Shown here: positions 50,057 through 58,934 of the stretch, piece by piece
Layout: every line of letters starts with the position of its first letter
Position numbering within the stretch: the first letter of the stretch is position 1
Assembly (NCBI GenBank): GCA_016213365.1
Contig: JACRAP010000015.1
Span: forward strand, 1-63,007
DNA: 63,007 bases
DNA from: Candidatus Berkelbacteria bacterium
GTDB taxonomy: Bacteria > Patescibacteriota > UBA1384 > 2-12-FULL-50-11
Reading direction: 5' to 3'
Position numbers and translations under genes: made by a program
Notes under the pieces: generated by a model
Told to the model about the DNA's origin: nothing
The model's input: the letters and a program-made list of their open reading frames with translations, nothing else
Database searches by the model: none

Positions 50057-50506
50057 TTAAGCAGTTACTTCTTCGGTTTGAACTTCTTCAGTTTGAGCTT
50101 CTTCGGCGATCGGCTGATCGGTAACAATCGGGTTTGTTTTTGTTGCTTCGGTGTTGTTTTCGGTTTCGGCAATTACTTCTTCAGTTGCTTCTTGCTGTGG
50201 AGCGTTCTTTACTTTTGGCTCTTCGGCAGTTTTTTTGGATTTTTTATTTTTCTTCACAAAAACGATTGAATTGTGTTTTATTTTTTCGTTAATTAAAATT
50301 TTTGCGACAGTGTTCGATGGTTTGGCGCCGTTACCGAGCCATTTTTCAACCTTTTCCTTGCTAATACTGGTTTGTTTTGTGTGTGGATTATAAAAACCCA
50401 AGTCGTCGGTAAACTTGCCGTTAACTGGCATGGTGTGCTCCGCAACAATTATGCGGTAAGTTGGTTTGTTCTTTTTGCCTGTTCGGCGAAGTCTTATAAC
50501 TAACAT
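50057..50506 (-). CDS. rpsP: 30S ribosomal protein S16 with a low-complexity C-terminal extension
   Basis: MLVIRLRRTGKKNKPTYRIIV. Confidence 0.93.
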   Translation of the reverse strand: MLVIRLRRTGKKNKPTYRIIVAEHTMPVNGKFTDDLGFYNPHTKQTSISKEKVEKWLGNGAKPSNTVAKILINEKIKHNSIVFVKKNKKSKKTAEEPKVKNAPQQEATEEVIAETENNTEATKTNPIVTDQPIAEEAQTEEVQTEEVTA

Positions 50507-50508
50507 AT

Positions 50509-51861
50509 CTACGCTATTTTACTAAACCACGCCTGTTTGGTCAATTGGTTTAAGTACCCTCTTTTAAAGTCGTCGAAGTTTATTACATTTTTTCCTTCAA
50601 GCTGAACTTGAAGTAGTTCGAGTTTGTCGCCAACAACTTTTGCACTTTTGATTATTAGTCTCTTATCGTCCAAAAAGGTGAACGTCCCCGGCCAAGGATT
50701 AAGCGCTCTAATATTACGATCAATTTGTTCGATCGGTTGATCCCAGTCGATCTGCCCCATCTCTTTCGATAATTTTTTCGTTAGCAAAGGTTCGCCGGCT
50801 TGGTTGGTGATTTTTGATTGTCCGGATAGATATGGCGGAATATTTTTAATTAATAATTTAGCGCCGATTTGGGCGAGCTGATTTTTCAGCGATTCCGTGT
50901 TAGCGTCAACTGACAAACCAACTTTTTGTTGATCGATTATTAAACCGGCATCAACTTCGCTATTCATTTTCATAATAGTTACACCAGTTTCCTTGTCGCC
51001 ATTAAGGATTGCGTTTTGGATCGGCGTTGCGCCCCTGTACTTTGGTAAAAGCGACGGATGAACGTTTAAGCAGCCGTATATTGGAATTTCGAGCGTCGCA
51101 TTTTCAAGAATCTTTCCGTAAGAGGCAAGAACTATTAAATCGGGTTTTAGTTGTTTAATTATATTTGTAATTTCTTTTTTATTTTCAGGGTTAAAAACGC
51201 TGATGCCGTTTTGGTTGCAAAACTGCTGGACGACTGTCGGTTTTAGATTATCGCCCCTACCAGCACGCTTCGGACTTTCGGTAATAACGCCTAGTATCGT
51301 TAATCCCCCATCGAACATTTCTTTAAGACTTGGCAAGCTAAACTCGTCGCTACCAAAAAATACTATTTTGGCGTAACGATAATTTTCCAGTAACGAAATA
51401 TTTTTGGCTCGATCGGTAAATAAAATTCCGTTTAGATGATCGATCTCGTGCTGGATAATTCGCGCAAAAACCCCCTTTGCTCTAAGTGACTTTTTATTGC
51501 CAAGTAGGTCTTGATACTCAACTTCGATACCGCTACTGCGTTCGACCGGCAGTTCAAGAATTGGTAGGGAAAGACAGCCCTCTGTTAATACATCTTTTTC
51601 TTTAGAAAATTTTACAATTTTTGGATTAACAAACGCTTGAAATGGGATTTCTGGGATTTCGTCGTCTTTGCTAGTTTGATTATAACCACATACAAACATT
51701 CTCATGTCTAGTCCAACTTGATTGGCCGCAATACCCACTCCGTCGTTAGCGCGCATCGTTTTAATCATTTCATCGGCGATATTATTTAGTTCACTATTAA
51801 AAACCGTAACTTCATGTACGGATTTACGTAAAATCGGATCGTAGATTAGCCGAATTTTCAT
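50509..51861 (-). CDS. fused peptide deformylase / methionyl-tRNA formyltransferase
   Basis: Def motifs GIAANQVG, EGCLSLP and QHEIDHLNG are followed in the same ORF by Fmt motifs IVFFGSDEFS and NVHPSLLPKYRGATPIQ. Confidence 0.88.
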   Translation of the reverse strand: MKIRLIYDPILRKSVHEVTVFNSELNNIADEMIKTMRANDGVGIAANQVGLDMRMFVCGYNQTSKDDEIPEIPFQAFVNPKIVKFSKEKDVLTEGCLSLPILELPVERSSGIEVEYQDLLGNKKSLRAKGVFARIIQHEIDHLNGILFTDRAKNISLLENYRYAKIVFFGSDEFSLPSLKEMFDGGLTILGVITESPKRAGRGDNLKPTVVQQFCNQNGISVFNPENKKEITNIIKQLKPDLIVLASYGKILENATLEIPIYGCLNVHPSLLPKYRGATPIQNAILNGDKETGVTIMKMNSEVDAGLIIDQQKVGLSVDANTESLKNQLAQIGAKLLIKNIPPYLSGQSKITNQAGEPLLTKKLSKEMGQIDWDQPIEQIDRNIRALNPWPGTFTFLDDKRLIIKSAKVVGDKLELLQVQLEGKNVINFDDFKRGYLNQLTKQAWFSKIA

Positions 51862-51906
51862 AACCACAATTTTATCTTATCAGAGATAAAAAGTCGAGCA
51901 TAATTA

Positions 51907-53469
51907 CTAAAACTTTATCTGCCACGCCGGTGATATGTTTTTCAAAAACTTATCAAAATCTATCGGATTGCTGTGAAATATTTCGAGAACGGTTTTAGAA
52001 CCTTTGAGTTTTTTGGGCGAAGATACGCTACAGCCAAAATCTTCGGCAATTTTTATTATTTGTTCGGCTTCTTTTTCAACCTTACCAAGTCCAATAAGCT
52101 CGAAATAGCCGCCGTAAGGCGGTAATTTATAACGCCTTCGTGCCAAAAGTTCGTTTTTAAAGATATTTTTAAGCTTAAGCGCGCTGACGTTGCCCCAATA
52201 CGGATGATCGGGAAGTTTAGTTTGTATTATGATTTTAGGCGATATCGCTTGTAACTCAACCAGATAGCCGAATAACCGCATCGTTTGATTATATTTTGAG
52301 CTGGTTAAGTAACGATCAAAACCAAGTAACACAACTACATCACTTTTAGGAATTACTGAAGAGAAAATCGCCTCGGTAACAAAAGTAAATTTATTTGGAC
52401 CGAGTAACTTTTTTATTTGGCTTTGGGCTAGCTTGGTGTTAAAACCCAGTTCGATTAATTTCGTGTTCTTACAATACATACATTGAATTAACGTCGTTTG
52501 ATGCGAACAGTATCCGCAAATTGCAACCCCATCGTTTACGGCGCCAAGCGGTCGTTTACATTTTTGGCAGTGTTGTAATTTTTTACAATTTAAACAATAA
52601 ATCGCGCCGCCAAAACTTTCAGAGGGTGCAATAACTAGAACCTTATGATTATTTTCTTTAGATGATTTCAAGATTTCTATTATCGATTCGTTTATCTGGC
52701 TGTGGCGCTGATTATCTACTACTAAATAATCGCTTTCTTGGATATTTGATAAAATTTTTCCCTTAGTAACGCTTAACTTGGCAATAAAATTTACACTTAA
52801 AATGCTCTCACCGATATAAATTCGACGCTTCTCTAACTCGGCACGCATTAAAGCGATTTGCAAACTACTTATATACGGCCTGCGTTCGTTATAACTCCCC
52901 GATTGATCAACGATAATAACCGCCGAACTTTGAAGTGGCTTAAAACTTTCTCCAATTGTACCGACAGTGATATTTTTATTTCTAATTAATTTCTTAAAAT
53001 GCTCAGCTATTTCGTGGGTGGCAAAAAGTACCAGTCCGGAATTAAGATTTTTCAAAATTTCTTGATATTTTTGTAACCGAAACTCAAGCGGTCCTTGTAT
53101 AAATATCTGCTCAAATTGCTCGCCACTAATATTTTCGCCGTAAACGTCGCCCTTAAGAGCCATATGGGCTACTTGGGCTAAACTACACTGATATTTTTTG
53201 CTTAACTGCTCAAAAAGTTTAATAGTTAAGCTCGATATTACTTTTTCCTTATCAATTTTTTCGATCGCTTTTAATTTACTTTTAATTTGGGCTGGAACGT
53301 TTTTTTTAAATGCGGTAACTACCCCACTTAGTATTTTATTTCTAACAGGTACCGACACTAGACTGCCAACCTTAATATAAGGTATAATTCGCTCTGGCAC
53401 AAAGTAGGTAAGCTCCTGCGTTGAAGAACGTTTAGCTATAATTATTTGTGCGTATAGCATCACTGGCAT
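51907..53469 (-). CDS. priA: PriA-like primosomal protein with degenerate helicase motifs
   Basis: N-terminal 3'-DNA-binding-like region, Cys-rich region CLNC..CQKC..CGYC..CMYC, and ..RRRYKLPPYG. The Walker A position reads QGPLEFRLQKY and the DEEH position reads VDQSGS. Confidence 0.7.
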   Translation of the reverse strand: MPVMLYAQIIIAKRSSTQELTYFVPERIIPYIKVGSLVSVPVRNKILSGVVTAFKKNVPAQIKSKLKAIEKIDKEKVISSLTIKLFEQLSKKYQCSLAQVAHMALKGDVYGENISGEQFEQIFIQGPLEFRLQKYQEILKNLNSGLVLFATHEIAEHFKKLIRNKNITVGTIGESFKPLQSSAVIIVDQSGSYNERRPYISSLQIALMRAELEKRRIYIGESILSVNFIAKLSVTKGKILSNIQESDYLVVDNQRHSQINESIIEILKSSKENNHKVLVIAPSESFGGAIYCLNCKKLQHCQKCKRPLGAVNDGVAICGYCSHQTTLIQCMYCKNTKLIELGFNTKLAQSQIKKLLGPNKFTFVTEAIFSSVIPKSDVVVLLGFDRYLTSSKYNQTMRLFGYLVELQAISPKIIIQTKLPDHPYWGNVSALKLKNIFKNELLARRRYKLPPYGGYFELIGLGKVEKEAEQIIKIAEDFGCSVSSPKKLKGSKTVLEIFHSNPIDFDKFLKNISPAWQIKF

Positions 53470-53473
53470 TGTA

Positions 53474-54502
53474 ATGGAAAACACATCATCTACAACACAA
53501 CAACTCCCGCTCGTTGCGCTAATCGGCGCGACTAATGCTGGTAAATCCACATTATTTAATCGTTTAAGCGATAGCCGACAAGCCGTAACAGCCAAGGAAG
53601 AATCAACCACTCGCGACCGAGTTTTTGGTAGCGTAAATTGGCAGGGCAAACATTTTATGCTCGCTGATACCGGTGGCTTAGTGCTCGATCAAAGCGAAAT
53701 GTATCAAAATATCCGTAAACAAATGGAAAAAGCCGTAGATGAAGCAGATTTAGTATTATTTCTTTACGACGCTGGCGAAGGATTAAACGATCAAGCCAAG
53801 AATTACCTAAACTCACTTCGCGGTAAAAAAACTATTTGGCTAGTGGCCAACAAAGTCGATTCGTTTGCGCGCGAAAAAAAGATTTTCCGCCACACTGACT
53901 TGGGCCTGCCTTATTACGAAGTATCAGCCGCAACCGGTAGGGGCACCGGCGATTTGCTAGAGGATTTAACTAATTACTTACCAAACTACACCCCGATAAT
54001 TAGCTCTATGCCAGTTATCGCGTTAATCGGCAGACCAAACGTCGGTAAATCTTCATTACTAAATGCGTTAGTTAAATCTGAAAGAGCGGTTGTTAGCCCA
54101 ATTTCAGGCACAACCAGAGATATCGTTACTGAAAAATTAGAACTTAACGGCCGCGAGTACTTACTCGCCGACACCGCCGGTGTGCGAAGACGCGGTCAAA
54201 TCACCCGCGGACCAGAAGATTTTAGTGTTAAAAGAACGCTTCAAGCGGTAGAGCGAGCCGATGCCGTAATTATTGTTATCGACTCTACACTCGGAACATC
54301 TAGGGGTGATTTGCATTTAATTTATTTAGCCGAGAGTTTAAAAAAACCGCTATTACTGGTATTTAATAAATCCGATTTACTCGATCAAGAAGCGACCGTA
54401 AAATTACACAAACATTTAGGGAAGTTTAATTACTGTTTTGTTTCAGCTAAAGAATCGAAAAACCTATCAGAAATAACTAATTGGCTAGAAGCTAATATTT
54501 AG
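53474..54502 (+). CDS. der: GTPase Der/EngA, two G domains and no C-terminal KH-like domain
   Basis: GATNAGKST and GRPNVGKSS. The protein ends at 342 aa, right after G domain 2. Confidence 0.88.
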   Translation: MENTSSTTQQLPLVALIGATNAGKSTLFNRLSDSRQAVTAKEESTTRDRVFGSVNWQGKHFMLADTGGLVLDQSEMYQNIRKQMEKAVDEADLVLFLYDAGEGLNDQAKNYLNSLRGKKTIWLVANKVDSFAREKKIFRHTDLGLPYYEVSAATGRGTGDLLEDLTNYLPNYTPIISSMPVIALIGRPNVGKSSLLNALVKSERAVVSPISGTTRDIVTEKLELNGREYLLADTAGVRRRGQITRGPEDFSVKRTLQAVERADAVIIVIDSTLGTSRGDLHLIYLAESLKKPLLLVFNKSDLLDQEATVKLHKHLGKFNYCFVSAKESKNLSEITNWLEANI

Positions 54503-55037
54503 GCGAAGCGATCGCTTTAAAGTCTTTTGCCGGTAACACTACAAGCGCCGAGCGTCCAACGATTTGAGATCTGTCTAATAACCAACCATCTCTGGAGTCG
54601 GAGCTTGCGTCGCGATTATCGCCCATCACAAAATATTTTCCGCTTGGAACGTGTACCGTATACTCTTCGTCTTTGTTAATTAAGCTTAAAGTAATTTCAT
54701 CGGTCGGTAAGTAGCTTTCTGTTAGTTTAGTGCCGTTAATAAATACCCTGCCGTCTTTTATTACAACCGTTTCACCGGGTAGGCCAATGATTCTTTTAAT
54801 ATAATTTACGCTGGTATTGCGCGGATATTGCATTACCACCACGTCGCCACGATTTGGCTCTTTAAAACGGTAACTAATTTTTTCAACAAAAAGATATTCG
54901 CCGTTATGGAAATTTGGCTCCATACTTGAGCCCTCTACTACAAACGGCTGAAGCAAAAAATAGCGAATTATCGCCGCTGAAATAAAGACGGCGGTAACTA
55001 CTTTGAACACCTCAAAAAAGCTCTTAAATTTTTGCAT
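54492..55037 (-). CDS. lepB: signal peptidase I
   Basis: 181 aa with SSMEPN, RGDVVV, YIKRIIGLPGE and GDNRDASSDSR. Confidence 0.92.
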   Translation of the reverse strand: MQKFKSFFEVFKVVTAVFISAAIIRYFLLQPFVVEGSSMEPNFHNGEYLFVEKISYRFKEPNRGDVVVMQYPRNTSVNYIKRIIGLPGETVVIKDGRVFINGTKLTESYLPTDEITLSLINKDEEYTVHVPSGKYFVMGDNRDASSDSRDGWLLDRSQIVGRSALVVLPAKDFKAIASPKY

Positions 55038-55080
55038 TTACTTTAGTATTTAAACGGATTATTTTTTGTTTGTATATATT

Positions 55081-55108
55081 AAAATTCACCGCCCCATTGC
55101 TGGGGCGG
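55081..55108 (-). terminator. hairpin terminator after the LuxR-type gene
   Basis: CCGCCCC, loop, GGGGCGG. A T-rich run follows on the minus strand. Confidence 0.5.
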
Positions 55109-55131
55109 TTTGAGTGAATGAGGGGTTCGAG

Positions 55132-55494
55132 CTAGAAGATCGTCGGGACGAACTCTCTAGGTCTCTTCACGCCATAGAAAAAGAGAGCGATCTGAACGCG
55201 GTTCTTGCAACCCAGTTTGCGCATGATGCTGCTGACGAGATTCTTGATGCTCTGCTCCTGCAAATTCAGCTTTGAGGCAATGTGCTTGTTCTGCAAGCCC
55301 AGTGCTATAAGCTGACCAACCTCGTTCTCGCGCTTGGTAAGCTCTTTCATGTATTTCACAGCCGACGGAACAGGTTTGGCAATATTGTCAGAGATCTCAA
55401 TCACCACCTCAACTCGACCATCCGGGAGACGCTTATTGGAATATATGACGATCTGGGACTCGGGATCATACAGAAATCCTTGCTTTGAAGCCAT
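55132..55494 (-). CDS. LuxR/GerE-type HTH protein (no receiver domain)
   Basis: LTKRENEVGQLIALGLQNKHIASKLNLQEQSIKNLVSSIMRKLG. SD AGGAGG; GC-rich codon use. Confidence 0.8.
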   Translation of the reverse strand: MASKQGFLYDPESQIVIYSNKRLPDGRVEVVIEISDNIAKPVPSAVKYMKELTKRENEVGQLIALGLQNKHIASKLNLQEQSIKNLVSSIMRKLGCKNRVQIALFFYGVKRPREFVPTIF

Positions 55495-55629
55495 ATGCTT
55501 AACCTCCTAAGGTTCAGTTTGCGCCTAAGCGCATGAACAGAATTTTAGACTAAATAGCTATATAAATCAATAAAATTAGCTGTAAAATATTTGACTACAA
55601 ACATCCTAGAGGCGATACTATAAGAAACA

Positions 55630-56400
55630 ATGTTACCAATTTTGTTTGAGGTGGGCAGTTTTAAGTTTTATTCGTTCGGCACATTTATTGCCGTTGGCAC
55701 AATTATAGCCGGCATATTTTTATTTAAGGCGGCTAAATCTCGCAAAATGGTTACGCATCACTTGTTCGACACTGTTTTATTTACTTTACTTTTTGCCCTA
55801 CTGGGCGCACGGATTACTTACTTTTTTATTTATCAGGATGAATTTCAAGGTTTTGCCCAACTGTTTTTGTTTTGGAAAGGCGGATTAGTTGCGCTTGGTG
55901 GTTTTATATCTGGATTTTTGGCATTTTTGTATCATGCCAAACGAGAGCGCGATCCGATTTGGCAAGTCCTTGATATCGCCGCCCTGTCTTTACTTGTCGG
56001 TTGGTCGGTCGGTAAATTCGGTTGTTTTCTTTCCGAGTGTTCGCTCGGTCGAATTAGCTCAAGCTTATTTACCATAAACGGCAGTTTCCCGATCGATTTA
56101 TTTAGTAGCATTTGGGCGGCAGTTGTATTTGTTGTAATGTATCGAATCTGGTTAAAAAACCGTCTTAGCGAAGGGGTGGTTTTCTTTTTATCAATGGAGG
56201 CGTTATTTTTAGGAACATTATTAATAAACACTTTAAGATTAGATTTTGGCGACGGGATAATTCGGGTAGAGGCGATACTTAATCTGGCAATAATCGTAAC
56301 GATTTACCTATTATTCTGGAAATTACACGGTCCAAAAATTGAACGCCGAAGATTCGGTTTAGCGATAAAAAACTTTGTCTTTAAGCGAAGACGCGATTAG
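55630..56400 (+). CDS. lgt: prolipoprotein diacylglyceryl transferase
   Basis: 256 aa, polytopic, with F.FYSFG and GGLVALGG motifs. Confidence 0.85.
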   Translation: MLPILFEVGSFKFYSFGTFIAVGTIIAGIFLFKAAKSRKMVTHHLFDTVLFTLLFALLGARITYFFIYQDEFQGFAQLFLFWKGGLVALGGFISGFLAFLYHAKRERDPIWQVLDIAALSLLVGWSVGKFGCFLSECSLGRISSSLFTINGSFPIDLFSSIWAAVVFVVMYRIWLKNRLSEGVVFFLSMEALFLGTLLINTLRLDFGDGIIRVEAILNLAIIVTIYLLFWKLHGPKIERRRFGLAIKNFVFKRRRD

Positions 56401-56759
56401 TTAGCGTCGAGTGCGGTTTTAACTTTGTCTACAACTGTCTTAAAATCAGCAGGAGATTTTATCGATAAATCTGCTAAAACTCGACGATCCATAGTAATTC
56501 CAGCTTTGTTTAGGCCAAAAATAAACTTGCTATAAGACATATCGTGAGCGCGTACTGCCGCATTTAGTTGAACGATCCATAGTCGTCTAAAATCGCGTTT
56601 TTTGTTACGCCTATCTCTGTACGCAAACTGTCCGGCTTTAATCCAGGCCTGTTTGGCCTGTCTAAATAATTTACTTCTACCTAATTTATAACCCTTTGTC
56701 TGAGCTAAAATCTTTTTGTGTCTTTTACGAACCTGAATACCGCGTTTAATTCTTGCCAT
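56397..56759 (-). CDS. rplT: 50S ribosomal protein L20
   Basis: MARIKRG..YRDRRNKKRDFRRLWI. Confidence 0.96.
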   Translation of the reverse strand: MARIKRGIQVRKRHKKILAQTKGYKLGRSKLFRQAKQAWIKAGQFAYRDRRNKKRDFRRLWIVQLNAAVRAHDMSYSKFIFGLNKAGITMDRRVLADLSIKSPADFKTVVDKVKTALDAN

Positions 56760-56947
56760 TAGATTATTGCCTTAATTTTCTTTAATAATTTTGCGCTTAA
56801 ATTTTGTTTGGTTGTGGATAATTTTAACGCTCTTTTAGATTTAAACCTCGCTCGGTGCGCAACCGACATTTTTCGGGCACGCAACTTATTGTTCGAAGTT
56901 ACTTCGACTCTTTTTTGTAATGATTTGTGGGTTTTAATCTTTGGCAT
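56759..56947 (-). CDS. rpmI: 50S ribosomal protein L35
   Basis: MPKIKTHKS..KR. Confidence 0.93.
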   Translation of the reverse strand: MPKIKTHKSLQKRVEVTSNNKLRARKMSVAHRARFKSKRALKLSTTKQNLSAKLLKKIKAII

Positions 56948-57462
56948 TATTTTTTGTTTTTTATTATTATTTGAACTCTTTTACCTACGTGTGTAACTGG
57001 TTGTTCTAACTCGCCGTCAACCATCTCCTGGAATTGAAATAGTCGTTGCTTTGCCTTATCTGGAAACACGTTTTCGCGACCTCGAAGCTGAATATAAGCG
57101 CGAACAAAGTGTCCGGCGTCTAAAAATTCTTTCGCTCTTTTGGCTTTAACTGATAAATCGTGTTCATCAATCGAAAAACTTAATCTAATTTCCTTAAGAT
57201 CGTTAGATTTTGGTTTAACGGTACTGCGGGCGTTTTTCTCCTGTTGATAGCGGTACTTATTATAATCGAGCAACTTAACTATCGGTGGATTTACATTACC
57301 GTTAAGTTCTACTAGGTCCAGCTCGTTTTGTTCGGCTAAATACCGAGCTTGATCGAGCGATACAACACCAGCGGAACGACCGTCGTCCATAATTAAATGG
57401 ACTTGGCTAGCTGTAATTTCACCGTTTACTTTAAGTCGTTTTTCTATTTTATTTTTCCTCAA
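56947..57462 (-). CDS. infC: translation initiation factor IF-3 (TTG start)
   Basis: ..VNGEITASQVHLI..LDLVEL.. in infC-rpmI-rplT order. A non-ATG start is typical of infC. Confidence 0.92.
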   Translation of the reverse strand: MRKNKIEKRLKVNGEITASQVHLIMDDGRSAGVVSLDQARYLAEQNELDLVELNGNVNPPIVKLLDYNKYRYQQEKNARSTVKPKSNDLKEIRLSFSIDEHDLSVKAKRAKEFLDAGHFVRAYIQLRGRENVFPDKAKQRLFQFQEMVDGELEQPVTHVGKRVQIIIKNKK

Positions 57463-57529
57463 CTCTAAAATACCTCAACGACGGTTGGGTTAATGTACAT
57501 CAATACCAGGGCGAAAACTATTTGCCATG

Positions 57530-58258
57530 TTACTCAAGAAGTGTACCACGTTTAGTAATTATTTTCAATGAGTCACTAACTAATCGCAAATGGAGCGGCG
57601 TTTCTGCGATCGGCTTACCGGCAACGGTTAACGGCAAAACTGGGTCGGTTACGATCCGAACATTACGGGCGTGAAAACGGCTTTGGCTTTTTATCTGTTC
57701 ACTGCCAACCGTAAATAGTCCCAAAATCTTCTTGGTTTCGGTTTCGTGAACGCTTTCAAGTGTAAGCTCAAGGTTTCTATTAATTGTTAATCTATTAAAA
57801 TAAGCGTAAGCCCGAAGTTTGTTATCTAAAACAATACTAATTTTAGCCAATTTATTGGTATTAATTTCGCAGTCCAAAAATAACAGCGTGTCGGGTTCAA
57901 TAACAACCGTATTTACAAGCGATAATCGGCGTTGTTTTAAAGCTACTGCAGCACTTTTTATGTCGTTAACACCGATTATATCAGTAACTAACCTACTCGC
58001 TTCGATCGGAACCACTCCTAGTTCTGCGTTACCGATTACCGAGCGAGCAACTTCGTTAACGTGATGATCGCCACCGACCGCTACAATCGTGGAGTAACCT
58101 TTACGCGCGCCCATTTCTGCTAGCTCGGTTGGAGTCCGAGCTGGGCTAGAGGAAACTATCTCACCTGCTATGGAGAGTTGAGTTAATATGTCGCGTAATC
58201 TTTGATAGGTTTGACGCGTCGCTCTGGATTGAGGCGCCTCAAGAATGTAGTAGTACAT
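57530..58258 (-). CDS. diacylglycerol-kinase catalytic-domain-like protein (divergent; GGDHH instead of GGDGT)
   Basis: 242 aa with ..STIVAVGGDHHVNEVARSV. Confidence 0.55.
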   Translation of the reverse strand: MYYYILEAPQSRATRQTYQRLRDILTQLSIAGEIVSSSPARTPTELAEMGARKGYSTIVAVGGDHHVNEVARSVIGNAELGVVPIEASRLVTDIIGVNDIKSAAVALKQRRLSLVNTVVIEPDTLLFLDCEINTNKLAKISIVLDNKLRAYAYFNRLTINRNLELTLESVHETETKKILGLFTVGSEQIKSQSRFHARNVRIVTDPVLPLTVAGKPIAETPLHLRLVSDSLKIITKRGTLLE

Positions 58259-58276
58259 AACTCGTGTTTACGAGCA

Positions 58277-58798
58277 CTATTCCTCGTCTGGCTCTAAGTT
58301 ATCGTCACCTAAAATATCTCGATCGCCGTTATCGCCGAGCGGTTTCTTATCGACATCGAAATCGTCGTTTTGCTCGTTCTCCTCCGCTTCGTCGTCTGTT
58401 TTTTCGTTCTCGGTATCGCTATCTTCTTTTTCGACTACATCTTCATCTTCGTCGCGTTCGCCCATCTCCACTTGGCCCATAATCAACGCGCCTGAATTAA
58501 CTACCAAATCTTTGGTTAAAATACTTCCGTAAACCTTCCCAGATTCGGTAATTTCTAATCTGGTTAGGGCGTTAATCTCGCCGCGAACCGTTCCCGAAAT
58601 CGTTACTATATCCCCCCTTACCGGACCTTTTACTTGCGCTGTCTCCCCCACATTTACGTGCTTCTCCGAGAACACCTCGCCGTCGACCATACCATAAATA
58701 ATAATGTCATTCTGATCTTTTAGTGTGCCGGATAGGGCAACATTTACCCCAACGACCGTGCCAGGACCGCCCGACCCATCTAGTTGCATATTTTTCAT
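58277..58798 (-). CDS. bactofilin-family cytoskeletal protein with an acidic tail
   Basis: Repeated beta-helix pattern ..G.V.G.I.....V.I...G.V.G.., then a D/E-rich C-terminus. Confidence 0.8.
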   Translation of the reverse strand: MKNMQLDGSGGPGTVVGVNVALSGTLKDQNDIIIYGMVDGEVFSEKHVNVGETAQVKGPVRGDIVTISGTVRGEINALTRLEITESGKVYGSILTKDLVVNSGALIMGQVEMGERDEDEDVVEKEDSDTENEKTDDEAEENEQNDDFDVDKKPLGDNGDRDILGDDNLEPDEE

Positions 58799-58934
58799 TC
58801 GCCTCCTTCTAGTTTCTTTCTCTGTTTTAATGGATTTACAAATATTTGCAAGCCCCCCTACCCTTGCAATTTCACCCTAATTAGTGCTACACTAGCTCTC
58901 GCAGACCACATTACATCAATTAATTAAAAAATAT

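Noticed and set aside
58277-58480. Repetitive acidic coding stretch (bactofilin tail), with similar D/E/T-rich tails in S16 (50057-50200) and L25 (45112-45250).
   Set aside because: These are low-complexity protein tails within intact ORFs, not DNA repeat elements or CRISPR-like arrays.
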